From: Pseudogymnoascus verrucosus
Lineage: Eukaryota
Assembly (NCBI GenBank): GCA_001662655.1
Contig: KV460273.1
DNA length: 64,000 bases
Direction: 5' to 3' (one strand)
In this document: piece by piece, positions 40,374-53,902 of the stretch
How positions within the stretch are numbered: the stretch's first letter is position 1
How the letters are laid out: every line of letters starts with the position of its first letter
Made by a program: the position numbers and the translations under genes
Notes under the pieces: model-generated
The model's input: only the letters and a program-made list of their open reading frames with translations
The model's database searches: none
What the model was told of the DNA's origin: nothing

Positions 40374-40922
40374 GAGCTGAAGGAGTTGCCGTTCTAAGGC
40401 GTGGAAGGATCACATTTTGTACCACCGGATGACCGTACGATTTATGCTGGCTAGTGGGGAGAAGGATATGCACTTCTCTGTGATTTAAGGCGCTTATGGA
40501 AAACAAATTGTAACAGAGGTTAACTTAGATCATGGTTAGATAAAAATATACCTCCTTAATCTGTAGGGTTTTTAGTTGGAAATATCTGAAGTGAAGCTTG
40601 AGATAATAATCTTAAAATAAATATGACCGACATATAAGAATAAAAATCCCAGCCCTGTCTACTTAAATCTTATAAGCACAGCAGCCTCACACATAGTCTC
40701 CAGGACAGAAGGATATATATGTTAGTCCGTAAATTATCTTTATATCAAGGATTTACTGCAATATCAAACCAATATGTCCCACAAGGATCTGACGTCAATC
40801 AGCCTCGTAGCCAGCCTCGCCCTAGCATCACAAACGTGGAAACCAAACGGACGATTCGCTCTACGGACCCCAGATAAACTTTCTACCGACAGCTTCTCAT
40901 CAAAGCATGCATCTAGCTCGCT

Positions 40923-43119
40923 ATGGGTCCGCGTAGCGGTTTCGAAGAAATCACCGTGAAACCTCTGGGCCACCAGAGCGGACGCGATCGTGTAAGTTAC
41001 CCCTCATAATATCTTCATGTAACCTTGGAGGTGCGATGCATGGGACGACGCCGAGCTGAGCTGATGAGTTGTGATAGTACCCGAGGAAGTATGTGGAGGA
41101 TAATGATATAGAGATCCCACGATGTGCGGCGTGGGGTATGAATCTTACTGCGCTTTCGCAGGTATATAATGTGAGCAAGTCTCTGTCGAACTGCAGGTCA
41201 AGACTGTGTTGGAGCCCCTCATCTTCGGATCCAGTCTTGCCCTGAGGCCGTTAACATATCTCCCACCTACGACCACTCCCACTAACGAACATCCACAGAT
41301 GTACATCGTTGCCTATGGCCCCCAAATCCACATCTACAAACCCACCGGCCCCCAACAACTCCTCACCACCGAACCCCTCCTCATCCTCGACCTACCCTCC
41401 ACCCCCGAAGCCGACGCCCTCCGCGACAAAGACGCCTACAGCACGCACAGCATCAACCATCTCATAGTCGGCAACCTCGGCACCCGCGAGATCATCCTCT
41501 GCGCCTGCGCCGACGGCGACGTCCTCGCATACTACACCACGCCCGTTCACCGAGTCACGCTCACCCGTCCCTCCACACCTCCGTCCACTCCACCCTCCAC
41601 CACCCCTCCTCTCGCACCGCCACAACCAACCCCCTTCTTCCACGAAAACGTCAGCATTAGCGCCTGGGGCCTCGCAATCCACTCCCAATCGCGCCTTGTG
41701 GCAGTAAGCTCCAACAAGCATGAGGTCCAAGTCTTCGCCTTCGCGCTCTCCTCCGCCCCTCCCTCCCCTTCGCGCCCTCCTTCGCCATCCCTCTGCCGCC
41801 CTCTATCCAACTTCCCACTGATCTCTCCCCTTCCACCCTCCCCGCCATCTCGCTGCGACAATTTCCGACTGTGCTTACGGTTGGGGACGCGGGGTGATAA
41901 TATTCCGTCCATCGCGTTCACGTCGACGCCCCAAGGGGACGCGGATAGTATCGTCGCATCGGATATTAGAGGGGCGCTGTGGTTCCTCTCGCTTTGGGAT
42001 TGGGGAGTGCAGACGAGGATCCCTACATCACCGGGGGGCGTGAATTGGCGGCGCGAACCTCAGGGGTGGGGTGTGCTTGTGCTGGACGACAAGTTTGGGC
42101 GCGGTGCGAAGGAGGTGGAAGAGGCGTTTGGATGTACACCTGGGGACAGGGAGGGGGAATGGGATATCAGCCGCTCGATCGCCGAGATTCGGGGGACGAG
42201 AGTTGGGGCGAGGGAGACTCCAGGAGAGTATCCGGGGGGGTTTTTTGCGTGGGGGTATGGGGCCGGAGGGGGGTTGGATGTGGCGGATGTGGAGGGGATA
42301 GATTTGGGGCTTTATTGGGGGGATTTGTTGGATGTGGATAATATGGACGATGAAGAGTTTGATGGGGATGAGGATATGGGTGACGACCTTGATGGTGGTG
42401 ACGATGATGATGATGATGAGGAAGAAAGCGACGATTCCGCAACCAACTCACCCGCCGCGCATCTTCCAGTTCCCGTCCCACCGCATCATCTCATCCTCCA
42501 TCTCAACAGACACGCATTAACACTGTACCCGCCAACCGGCAGAGCCACATTCTGTTCCCCTCTACTGCGCCAGGATGTTTCTCATGCACCAGCGCAATTC
42601 GCGCACCCTATGGAGTTCTACAATCGCCTGAACATGGCTGTGCCAGTACCCGGTATTAGTTGCGTAGTTATAGGGTCGCAGGTGGGTAGGGTAGCTATTA
42701 TGAGGATTATGAAGGGGGGCGTGAGGGAGGACCGGGGGGTTAGGGAAGGAAATGGAGATAAGAACGGGAATGGAGGAAATAGCGAGAAGGGGGGAAAGAA
42801 AGGGAAGGGAGGAAAGAAGGGCGAAAATGGAGAATCTATACCCGCAACAACAATGCGTATCGAAACCATCCTCCCCCTCGCTACCCAAGAAGGCCGTAAC
42901 CGCGAGCGTCCCGCCACAGGCCTCCACGGCGTGGCCGTCTCGCCGATGCCGGAGTGGTTACCTGGGATGGAGGGCTCACCTATTGGAAGAGGAAATGGGG
43001 GGTCAGCGCGGAGGAGGAGGGGCGTGAAGAGGTGGCGGGTTATGATGCAGTATTGGGATTTAAGCGTGCTGAGTTATGTGATTAGTGATGAGCGGGCGTT
43101 GGGGGCGGAGGACTTATGA
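40923..43119 (+). CDS. CRT10: Crt10-family protein
   Basis: WGMNLTALSQVYN-MYIVAY, HSINHLIVGNLG, CADGDVLAY, FFHENVSISAWGLAIH, RLNM..VVIGSQVGRV. Exons 40923-40991, 41078-41170, 41299-43119. Confidence 0.8.
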
Positions 43120-43933
43120 GGGGGTTGGTAGGGGGTGGAGTTTTGGCGCGAGTTTTGGGTTGGGATCGAAGGAAATGGGGGATAGGGGTGATATGTATAA
43201 TGCTATATAATCCAAACAATGCGCAGGATGTTCGTTTGCACCGCTTGGAAACCATAACTTAAAAAGTCAAAAAAGCAAAAGACTCATCAGATATCTTTTA
43301 ATATCTGATGAGGGAGAAAATCATCTTTATGATTTTACTTTTTGTCGTTTGTTATTGTCGTGTCGATCGCTCGTTTCCAGTCTCTTTCTTTATTCCCATT
43401 TTTTTCTTCATCACCGGGTGTCGAACCCATAACCCCTTTATCCTCCGCTGGCCAGATTGTCCAGACAGTGGTACTACCACTGCGCCACTGTGCCGCTGGG
43501 AGGAGGGGGGTTATGTTTGTTTATAAGGGGGTGGGTGGTTCGCTTGCTGGGTTGGGGGCCTGAGGATGGAGGTTGGGTGTTTGGCTTAGGAAAGGGGGTG
43601 GGCGTTTCGCTTGCTTGGTGGGTGTGTGGCCTAGGGAAGGGAGAGGCTGAGGAAGGGGAGGATTACACGATTACCCGTTGGTTTGCTAGCAAAAGGAGGG
43701 ATTGAAATCATGAAAGTGCAGTCACGGCTCTGCTTTGTCTACAGAGATGCTTGACACATCTTTGCATGTGAAGTATGGGTTTTCCTTCTCCAAATGACCC
43801 CCGCCGATCCACCATCTTCGCACTGGATCACACCAGAGCACAGCAGGAAGTTATATAGCCCCCCAACTCTCATCTGGTATGGCTAATACTATGAGCTCTC
43901 AACCCAGATATAGCGCCATGGATACAAACATGA

Positions 43934-44980
43934 CTATAAACCCTTCAGCGACGGACACTCGAGGAGATTGTTCTCGAGGAAAGCAACGTCCAACTTCAAG
44001 CCAAAGACATTCCTGAAAGTACTGTCTGATGGCAAGTAAGGCGCAGAAATCGAGATGTCGCCTATTATACCAACTGGTTCATTCACGCCTGTAGAAAGCG
44101 TGGTGTTGAAGAAGGTGATCTGCTGATCACACTTTACGCCGTCGGCAAAGATGGGCTGGTTTGTTACATTGACATAGCTTGAATGGAGTTTAGCATAACT
44201 CTGGAAACAGGTATGGACATACGTACAATTCAAGTGGCCACGGGCCTACCGATGGAAGAGGCTTGAATTTAGTAGTGACTACCGCACTGTCGCTCTCATT
44301 CGTGTATGCGTTTAAGTAGATCTCCTGACCCCCCCTCGAGGGATGAGAGAAGGCGTAGGAATTATTTTCTGGTTTGAAAGTTGCCGGGATGGCAATTTGG
44401 CCATATGCTTCAGAACCTCCGATTGCAACAGTATTCGTCCCCGTGAGAATGAGATATTTGCCATAGGCGAAGCTTGAGTAGCCGTCTCCGAGCAAGTCTA
44501 CAAATGGGTAGAATATGTGAACGGACTTCAGTCGATTAGTTAGGAGAGGTTTGGTAAGAGTGTGAAGAGGTAAACCCACTTGGAAATCCGGTATAAGCTG
44601 AGTTCCGTTCAGACCAACATCGTGATCAAGGATTGACCGGACGATAAGCTGGGACAAGGGCTGTCAGTTACTCTACTTTCAATACACACTGTGCCACTCT
44701 TGCTTACGGGATACATATCATGAGGGAATCCAGGCAACGCAGATTTATACGCCTTCTTCAGAATGCCATATTGGGATGGGATAAGCTCGCGTGCGAGCGA
44801 ATATGGAATTGGAACCACGGCGATCGTGCCGTTTATGGTTCCGGTGACATCAGTTGGATATAGTGTACCGATTGGATTGGGCGCAGAATCAACTTGGGTT
44901 GGGGATGACAGTGAAGTCGTGGGAACTGCGAGAGCGATTGCACTTAACAGACATGCGACGGGGAAATTAGAGAGATGCAT
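43934..44980 (-). CDS. Secreted hypothetical protein
   Basis: Signal peptide MHLSNFPVACLLSAIALA. Three short GT-AG introns near 44708-44651, 44578-44529 and 44224-44178 link the ORF pieces. Boundaries approximate. Confidence 0.7.
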
Positions 44981-45368
44981 TTTGAGACAAATTACTTCGT
45001 AAGAAGGTATGCAAAAGCTTTGAAAAATAATAATGGGCTTGGGGGTGTTGTTGAATTTAAGACGCATATACTCTAGGCTTTTATTATAAATGGCTGGGGA
45101 AGTCGCTTCAGCTGAGCTATATTCAAATCACACTGCATATATTACTGCATATATCATGTAAGAACTAATACCAATTAGGCAAATTAAGGATCAAATCAGC
45201 TCCTCCAGCTAAAAATAATCAGCCTCAAAAGTCTTCACTAATAAAAAGCGGCCCTTTGCGCGGATAATAGACGGGGGCTTGCTCTCATAGGCATAAGGCT
45301 GTAGCCGCGTCAAGTGTTTTCAAACGTCTTATATTTACAGAAGTTATAGCTATTGCTGATAAAAATCT

Positions 45369-46321
45369 CTACCGGTTTGCGACGTGACGCCAGAAATCTC
45401 TCATCATCCAGATATCGAACTCTGTAACAACCTGAGAGCTTCCAGCGAGCATGATGAAGTTTGTTTGGCCCGTAGGTGTCCAGTCGTAGAAGTCATCGAG
45501 CCCCATAGTGTGACCCTGAATGGTTAGAATTCATAGAAGCAATCAGATGGCAAAAACTCACAAACTCATGTAGCCAAATGTGCGGATTATCGAGAGCAGA
45601 CAAGAAATACTCGCTCCCAACACGTTGGCCCCAGTCACCACCAGCACCGCCATCCATTCCTGCTGTGAGCCAAAGAGACACGTCATAGTGGCGGTCAGCT
45701 CCTCCCGGACAGGAGCCATAGTTGTTATCTTGATGGAAAATACGACCACAGCGGGGATCACACTCCGCTACACCTTCTGAATCTGTCGTTGTATAGACGT
45801 CGATGCCGGAGGTAGAACCTTGAAGGAGGTTCGTGTTTTTAGCAGCCCATCCAACTACATTGACAGGAATATTGTCGTATGGCCAACCCATGAACCCAGT
45901 GAGATTGTCGGTCCATTTCTTGACGTTTTTCTGGAGAGAGCTCGCGATGGCTGTGCGTTGGGCCTCGGTCACTGTAGCACTAGAGTCCCAACGGACGCAG
46001 AAGTTGAGTTTCCTGTAGCATATTAGCATTCTGATCTGGCGTTATTGCAGACACATACCCTCCGGAAGCCTTTATGATATCATAGCCATAGTTCTTAAAT
46101 CCTAGGAGATTCCCATTATTGTAGGTCGACGACTCGTGATCCCATACCTCTTGGAGGGGCTTGACAAGGTTCGAAGGGGGATTCCAAGTCGTCTGTCGTT
46201 TGGCCCAGGACGTCTGTCGCTTGGTTAACGAAGAAGCCCACACATCGCCGCTAAGATCACGATGATCTGAGGCAACGGCAAGGTTGGTTAGACCGGCAAG
46301 TATAACAGCTGTCAATTTCAT
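45369..46321 (-). CDS. Secreted HExxH zinc metallopeptidase-like protein
   Basis: Signal peptide, KR propeptide sites, LNFCVRWDS, GGDWGQR; the spliced motif reads WLHEF|GHTMGLDDFYDW. Introns ~46058-46013 and ~45560-45516. Confidence 0.75.
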
Positions 46322-47289
46322 AATCGATTTACTTGGTAGGAATAGCACACGTAGTGGGAGTAGTCGAGAAATGGGATGGAGGAATGTGATGCCTTTTAAT
46401 AAATTTCATCGTTGCATTAATTTCTAGATTAGGGAAGGGGATTGCGAAACGGAAGAATTTCTCAAGGTTTTCTGCTTCAGTCATGGGAGATAATCTATAA
46501 TTTTGATTTAAGTTCCACTGTAGATAAAACCTCATTAAGATGGAACCGTTGCCAAGAGGCGAAGAGGAATTCAAAATGCGGGGAGGGAGATCGAGAGTCT
46601 TTCTGATTAGTGGACCGAGTTATTTGTTTCAGATGCCCACTTTACAAAGTTTAACTAAACGTCAGGGTTTGATTATTGCCTGTTCTCCTGTCTTGGCCAA
46701 GGGATTATCGAGAAGGGAAGCTCGGTATATATCTGCCGCGATGTAATATATTAAGGTAGCATAAGAATGGAGTGTGGGGAATTAGATGGTAATAAGCCAC
46801 TGAAAATTAGCGGCAATAGGCGGAAAATTGAATGACAGGGGATATGGCATTAGGAAAACAAATTGCCTTGGCAGCTTAGGCTTTTATGGCATGGGCAAGG
46901 ACTGATAGGGTCGTACGCCGAAATGGCAACTGACCCCTGTGAGGATACTTCATAGAGTCTCTTGTCACCCTTGTGTAGAAGCTTATAAATTCGCCGCGGC
47001 ATTGGATACACTTGATGAGAGTCGATGCCTCACTTATGTCATCAAAACTGTTCCACGGGTCGACGAAAGGAGGAGTTACGCTTGTGTCAGGGTGAGTGAC
47101 CAGGAGGTAACTCAGCCTTCCTCAAAGAGCTTCATCCCGAGCAGATCAAGGGAAAGTTTCATCTTAACGACCTCAAATTGCTTGTATAGAGGCAAAGGCA
47201 CAGCGAGGGCGATGAGCCTTGGTGGTGGACTACGGTGGGGGGTGAGCTGTGCGAGCGCTTCGAGAACAGAGGAGGTGGGGCCGGTAGTA

Positions 47290-50200
47290 AAGGGGTATCG
47301 ACAGCAAAAAAAGTGACGACAACAGACTAACAGCAGCAGCAACAGACCAACAGCGACAAGAGGCTCTAGCAAACCTCCATTATTATCTCCGTCTTCCCAG
47401 CCCCCACGCCGACGTTCCACTGCTGCGATTCCAAACCCCTTTGCCCACACAGGACAACCCTTGATGCCTTCGGAAGTCGCTTTTAAATCCTTGGTTTCTG
47501 CGTAGTGGAGGATAGGGGGATTTAAATAAGTTACGCATGCCGACATCCATGGTGCTGCTGTGGCGATGGTATGTCTTTGTCTGGATAGTTTCATATAGCC
47601 ATAGATTGCTCTCCACCCCATCCCATTAAACCAAACTCCAAGCACCATCACCATACATGGGCCGAGCAGCTATAAATTTGTAGCCGCCGCTCGCTGCGTA
47701 CAGTTGTAGAATCACAAAAAGAGATGAAAGACACCATCATTTCCATCCATAGAAGTAGCAAGGCGATGCATCTTTCATGGGATCGAGAGGTAGAAGAATG
47801 GCTCTGCAAATGTGTTGTTTCTGGCGCCGATGGTAGCGACGGAGGGGTGGGTAGTGGTGAGGATAGGGGTATCGACAACAAAAGCGTAACAACGGCAAAG
47901 TGCTAACGACGACAGCAGCCCTACTGTCAACAGTCTGCTTTACCAACAGCCCCACCACCAACATTAAATCAACACGCTCGGAATCCAGAACCCCATCCAC
48001 TGCACATCCATGCCATAAACTCTTAGCCCACCGTGATAGTTGCCCTTTATCGTTTTGGCGTTTAATGGTGCAATACAGTTCCTCTCTCTCCACCCCGTCA
48101 TATACTCACCAACCCATATCCCTAGCCGCGCGCACACCACGATCATAAAGCATGACAGAATGGGTGTGTTGGTTTTGGGGTTCTCGCTGTGGTTTCTGAC
48201 AGGAGCAGATATCTTATTTTAGTATATAAAAAACTCTCTTCCCCCCCCCTTTTATCCCCTTCCCATGAACCTCCGTAGAACTCCGAACTATACAAATAGC
48301 AACCCCCCGTCCCTCTCCCATCATTTTTACCGCGCCCACAAGAAAGAAATCGAAGACAACTGCCTAGGCCCATCCACCCCGGCGACGCTGTTGTACTCAC
48401 CCTCATTGCCACCACACGACGATGCGGCTCTATGGAGGTGGGTAGTTCAGGAGAACTGGTATTCTGTCGTTCGGCGGCTCTGCTGTTGTTGTTTACTCTG
48501 CTGCTGTAACCACACCCTGTTGTCGTCAGCCCCTCACCATCCACTCTGCTGTCACCCCTCCCCTTCCCGTCAGATACCCGAACATCCGCACTCACATCCG
48601 TTGGACACGCGCAGCGCAAGAACTCATGCTCATTGTTCTCAGGATCGGTTCGATTCGACGAGCCGGATGACGGTCCGGTTCACGACGTTTTCTTTGCTGA
48701 TACAGTTCAGTTCCTCTATCCTGGCCGCTTATATATGCGCCAGCCCATATTTCCGAGCACCGCAGGTGTTATGATTGCAAGGGGATGGGGACGAGGATGA
48801 TATTATTGCTGTGCATGGAGAATTGGGACAGCAGATTTGCAATTTATGTAGTGCATCACGGCAGGGAGGAGAGTTGCTGAAGGACTTCAGCGGTGAGCAT
48901 GGGGAAAGCGATGAACGATGGACTCGGTCGTGGAAATGGAAGTGATGCAACTCAAGACTCAAATTTTCGATGAACATTCCCATGCCCGGGCCCCCCAGCC
49001 CCTCCGTCAAGATTTGAAATATCTCATCGTAATATATCTCCGTCTCCCCATCCTCCAAATCAAAACATCACAACCCCTCCCCCTATAAAGCACCCCCTCA
49101 CCCCCACCCCTCCATTCCACCATACAACAAGACAGCAATCCCAGAACACATCAACCTGCCGACGGCAGGAAGACAAAGCCTGCAAGATACTCACGGCTGT
49201 GTCCTATCCTCCGCGAGCGCAGGGTCATGCGGGACGGCAGGACAGGGTGAGGTGATGATAGCGACGACAGGGAAGCGGTGGTGACAGGATTGTATCAACG
49301 ACAGCAGAAACGCAGTGACGACAACACCCCACCATCCATCCAGCCCTTCACCCCCCCTCCTCCCTCCCCGCCGCCGACTCTATATTCCCCAATGCCCTCG
49401 TGAGAAGGGTAAGATCTTTGATATTAATGGTGTGGTAGGCTGAGGGTGATGCTAGGGGAGGAGGGGTATTTGTAGAGTCCGAACCAGGCTGGTTGTTGGT
49501 AGGGCTAGGGAAGGGGAGCAGGGATAGGGGAGTGCCGGGATTTGAGATGTGAGATGTGAGACGTGAGGTGGGGATGACTTGTATAATCGCTGCGTAAGGC
49601 TACATACCTCGATGATATTAAATCCAACCCCCCCGTCTTCTCCTCTTCCCCCCCCCTCCACCCCGTTCCCATCGCAACAACCCCCTAAATCCCCAACCAT
49701 AAAAACACCCCCCTCCCTCCTACTCCTCTCATTCCACCACATACGAACATTTATCAAAGGATATAAATGTGGGAAGTCTGTGGACAATAGGGTATCAAGG
49801 ACTAACATACATATGGTCGTGCGAGAGTGGGGTGAGGTGAGAATTCGCATCTACGTCCACCACCATGGGAGAGATGTCCCGTTAATGGCACAAAGGGGAT
49901 TCCTCTTCATCGTTCAGAAATGCACACGTCTTAGATGTAGTTGTGCCTGTAGCGGTGATAGGGGGGAAGGGGGGGGGTTGGATGGAGTTGTGCTTGCGGT
50001 GGTGAAAGGGGGTAGGTAGGTGGTGATAGCGGGTTATTTATGACAACAAAACCGCAACGACAGCAGCGCCCCGACGACAGAACGTAGTGACAGCAACCCC
50101 GTCCTCACTGCGCCCTCACACACCTCCACAAGCACCTCAACAATCTCCACAACCACCATAACCACACAGATCCCCGCTGTCTGCTCTGAGTGATGCCGGG

Positions 50201-51135
50201 GTCGGGGGGGTATTTATACAACCCAAACCAGGACGGTTGTTGTTGTTAGTAGGGAAGGAGCGGGCGGGAAAAATGGGGGAAAGGGGGGAGAGGGGATGGG
50301 ATGGTGGTGGGTTTGGATGATTCCTTGCATTCTCATAATATAATACGAAAACCCTGCCCCATTTTCCGCCCCCTTACCCCTCCTCCCTTCCCACCTTCCC
50401 ACCCTCCCACCTCATCCCCGAAACCCCCGAGTATAAAAAACACCCCCCCCCCCCACCCCTCCCCGCCACCAAACATCCACCAAAAAACAAAAGCGCAATC
50501 CAGTACGCTTTCTTCCCTTTCTCCCCCCTTCCCTCCTTATCCACCCTAGGTAGGTAGGCGACAAAAAAACAACCAAAAAAAACATACAACAGTGGGTATT
50601 CGCTGGTGGTCACCCACCCAACTACTAATCCACCGATCTCAAGCTTGTGTATGGCAGAGCGGACGGGATGCCCAATTCTCTTGAGTCTATGGTCGTATGT
50701 GACTATTCTTCGAGTGTTGGTGGATATATAGTAGTGTGCTTGGTCTAAGTGTTATGGTGTTCTGTGAACGAGATGAGAAATCGGAAACAGATATATCAAC
50801 AATATCAGAGCCGCCATCGCCTCTGAGTCTATTACAACTGTGCCTTTTGCTGTTATATCGAGTTCCTTACCTTAACCAGGGGAGTTGCCCAGTACGCTGA
50901 TTTCAGAAAAACCCCGTCTGAGATAGATACGGAAAAGGGAGGGTGTCGAAAGGAGTGTATGTCTGTCCTGTTCTTCCGGGAGTGGGTGAGTCAGTGAGTG
51001 AAAGGTTGTGGGAGTGAGTGAGTGAGTGAGGGTGTAGCAGTAGTGACAGGGGGCGTGTGGGTGATAGTAAGGAGAAGCGTTCTAACAAGAGAGAGGAAGC
51101 GGTGACAACAAACCCCCAACAACGACAGAACCTCC
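47290..51135. repeat. Diverged ~600-800 bp unit array, left arm (cores mostly GACARCA on +)
   Basis: Cores at ~47295, 47868, 48465 (inverted), 49260, 50040 and 51100. GGGGTATCGACA(G/A)CAAAA is shared by the copies at 47292 and 47866. Confidence 0.55.
50582..50700 (-). rRNA. 5S rRNA (dispersed copy 2)
   Basis: Identical to 3350-3468 by eye, with poly-T terminators and an upstream TATA-like element. Confidence 0.96.
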
Positions 51136-51845
51136 CACCGCCCATATCTCAGACAGTCGCATTTCCCCTCCATCCCGCTAGTAGATTCTCATCCCTCTCC
51201 TCTCCACAGCAGTGCCAGGTGCTAAGCCCGCAATGTACCCTTTGTCAAAAGCCATAGACGACGGGATTGTTCATCCGAGAGATACTAATAGGGGAGCATT
51301 AGCGTATAAAGCATAGGGAAGTATACTGTTGATAGAAGAATAAAGATGGGTAGGTAGTGGTCCACATAGATCCATACATCATCTCGTTGTCTAGGTGTAA
51401 GTAAGTTCGACCTGCCTACCTCGAGTGATGCCGGCACCGTATTTATACAGAGCTAGAGCCAACCCGATCTAGGTGGTGGGGGATGAAGGGTTTTAAGGCA
51501 CTGGTTAGGGGGGATGATGTGATTTTTGATATTATTTTGATTTGATTTATATTTATAGTTTCTAACCTCCCCCTCTCCTACTTTCCCTCTTCTCCACCTC
51601 CGCCTTCATCTCGCTCCCACGCCCACTCTCGAGCGACTGAACAGACAAACTGTGCTTTTGGTATCTTGAACAAAAAACAGAACAGAACTCCCATCTCCCC
51701 TTCCCCCTCTTTCCCTTCCTCCCCCCTTCTCCTCCTCCCCAAAAAACCCAGGATATATATGTGCAACCAATCCCCCAAACATGCTCCCCAACCGGTCCGA
51801 TGAAAATGATAAAAAATGCCAGGAAATGTTTTGCGTAGATGGCGG

Positions 51846-51852
51846 ACGATGA

Positions 51853-51883
<31 letters not shown>
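51846..51883. repeat. (GAT)n microsatellite
   Basis: Read directly; in the transporter 3' region. Confidence 0.9.
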
Positions 51884-51976
51884 AGAAAGAACACCCGCTG
51901 AAAAAAAGATCGAAGACGCCCGTCCGTACTCGCACAGAAAAATGTACAACCCCTCCTCGGCGGCAGATCGAGTCAT

Positions 51977-53902
51977 CTACCCACTCCTCCTCCCCTCAAC
52001 CTCCCCTTCTCTGCTTCCACTCCTCTCACTCTCCGTCCCATTCCCAAGATCAACCTTCTCACTCATCTCCCCCCCCGCCCCCACCGCAACACCCTCCTCC
52101 ACCCCCCCCAGCCGTCCCCCCACAAGCGTCCCCTGCGTCCCAACCCCCGAACTCGCGCTCCCCCTCGTCATCCCCCCCACACCACCACCCTCACTCCCCC
52201 GTCGACTAGAGCCATCCATACCCATCCCCGACAAACTCGCCATCTCGCCATGCTCGCGGATCCCATGGAGGTCGGAAGGTTCGATACGTTCTTCCACCTG
52301 GCTCATTCCCTCTTTGGCGGGTGTCCAGGCCAGGTAATCACGGCGGACTTCGACGTAATCGTATGCGAATTCACCCAACTGATCGTCGTCCATGCCAAGC
52401 AACTCCGCTGCTTCATCGGCGCGCAATTTCAATCCCGGGACGAAGTTGATGGTGTAAGCGAGGATGGCGGACATGAGGAAAGCGTAGGTGCCGCAAGCAA
52501 GGATGTATGCGACTTGGATGTAGAGTTGGCGGTAGTTGTGGACCAGCCAGCCGCCGGTGAGGACGCCGGTGTTGACGCCGTCGAGGCCGATGATGGTGGG
52601 TGTTGCGAAGAGGGCGTTGAAGAGGAGGCCGACGACGCCGGCGATGCCGTGCTCGGCGAAGACGTCCATGGAGTCGTCTATTTGGATCCAGAATTTGACT
52701 GTGCGTCTCCGTTAGCCTGTGCTCTCCAAGAAAGAGAAAGAAAGAAAGAAAGGTGAGAGAGGAAGGGGGACGTACTCTTCGTAGCAAAGTTAGCAACCAC
52801 GCCCGTCACAACGCCGAGAAGAACAGAAGCCCAGAGGGGAATAAATCCCGAAGCAGGCGTAGCAGCGACAAGTCCAGAAATGCATCCCGAACACCACCCA
52901 ACCATCGACCACTTCCTCGCGAGGCGGAAATCAAGCAGACACCACGTAGCAGCCGCCACCATAGCTGTCAAACACGAGTTCCAACACGCCATCACGGCCC
53001 TCAAATTCGCACCAAACGCGCTCCCGCCATTAAACCCCAACCATCCAAACCACAGCAACACCGTGCCCAGGGTAATCAAGCTCACATTATGCGGGCGAAA
53101 GTTAAGCATCATCTTCTCCTGACGCTTTCCGAGGACCATACTGTAAGCCAGAGCCGAGCAACCGGAGGCGATCTCGACGGGACCGCCGCCGGCGTAGTCG
53201 AGGACGCCGTATTTGAAGGCCCAGCCGTTGGAGTTCCAGATCCAGCAGGTTATGGGGCAGTAGACGAGGGTGGCCCACCAGAAGGTGAAGACCATGGCGG
53301 GGATGAGGCGGCCGCGTTCGGCGACGGCGCCCATGACGATAGCGGCGGTGACGGCGCAGAACATCATCTGGTGTTTGTCAGTACGCTGTCCCTATCGTGG
53401 AGGTGTAAAAGAGGGGGAGAAGGGCGTACTTGGTAGAAAGAAAACAACAACTCCGGAATCAACGGACTCCCTGGCGACGGCGCCCCCAGCGTCTTCATCA
53501 ACCCAAAATGCCTCAGATCACCAATAAACCCATTCGTCGCCGACTGACTGAACGCAAGCGAGTATCCCCAGAAATACCACTGAAACACAATCACCGAGAA
53601 ACTGCCCATACAGGCCCAGATCATGGACAACGCGGACTTGCGACGCGCGAGCCCGGAGTAGAGGAAGCCGAGCCCGGGGATCATGAGCAGGACCATGCAG
53701 CAGGCGACGAGGATGAAGGCTTGGTCGCCGGATTGGTACCATTGGTTTAGGTTTGTCGTTGCTGGGGGGTGTTAGTTTGGGGTTTCTGTGCGGATTTGGG
53801 AGGGTGGTTGAGGATAATGGGATGGGAGGGCGTACTGCTATCTCCTCCATCGCCTTCAGTCCCGTTGAAGGGCACGGGGGGTCCAATGCCGGTGTACGAC
53901 AT
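51977..53902 (-). CDS. Ammonium transporter, Amt/Mep family (MeaA-like)
   Basis: MVLLMIPGLGFLYSGL, GAVAERG, DYAGGGPVEI, WFGWLGFNGGS, DDSMDVFAEHG, QLGEFAYDYVE. Introns 53835-53762, ~53429-53368, ~52775-52699. Confidence 0.95.

Noticed and set aside
40774..40959. 61-aa ORF as first exon of CRT10
   Set aside because: It terminates at a stop; the ATG at 40923 in another frame splices cleanly into the conserved exon.
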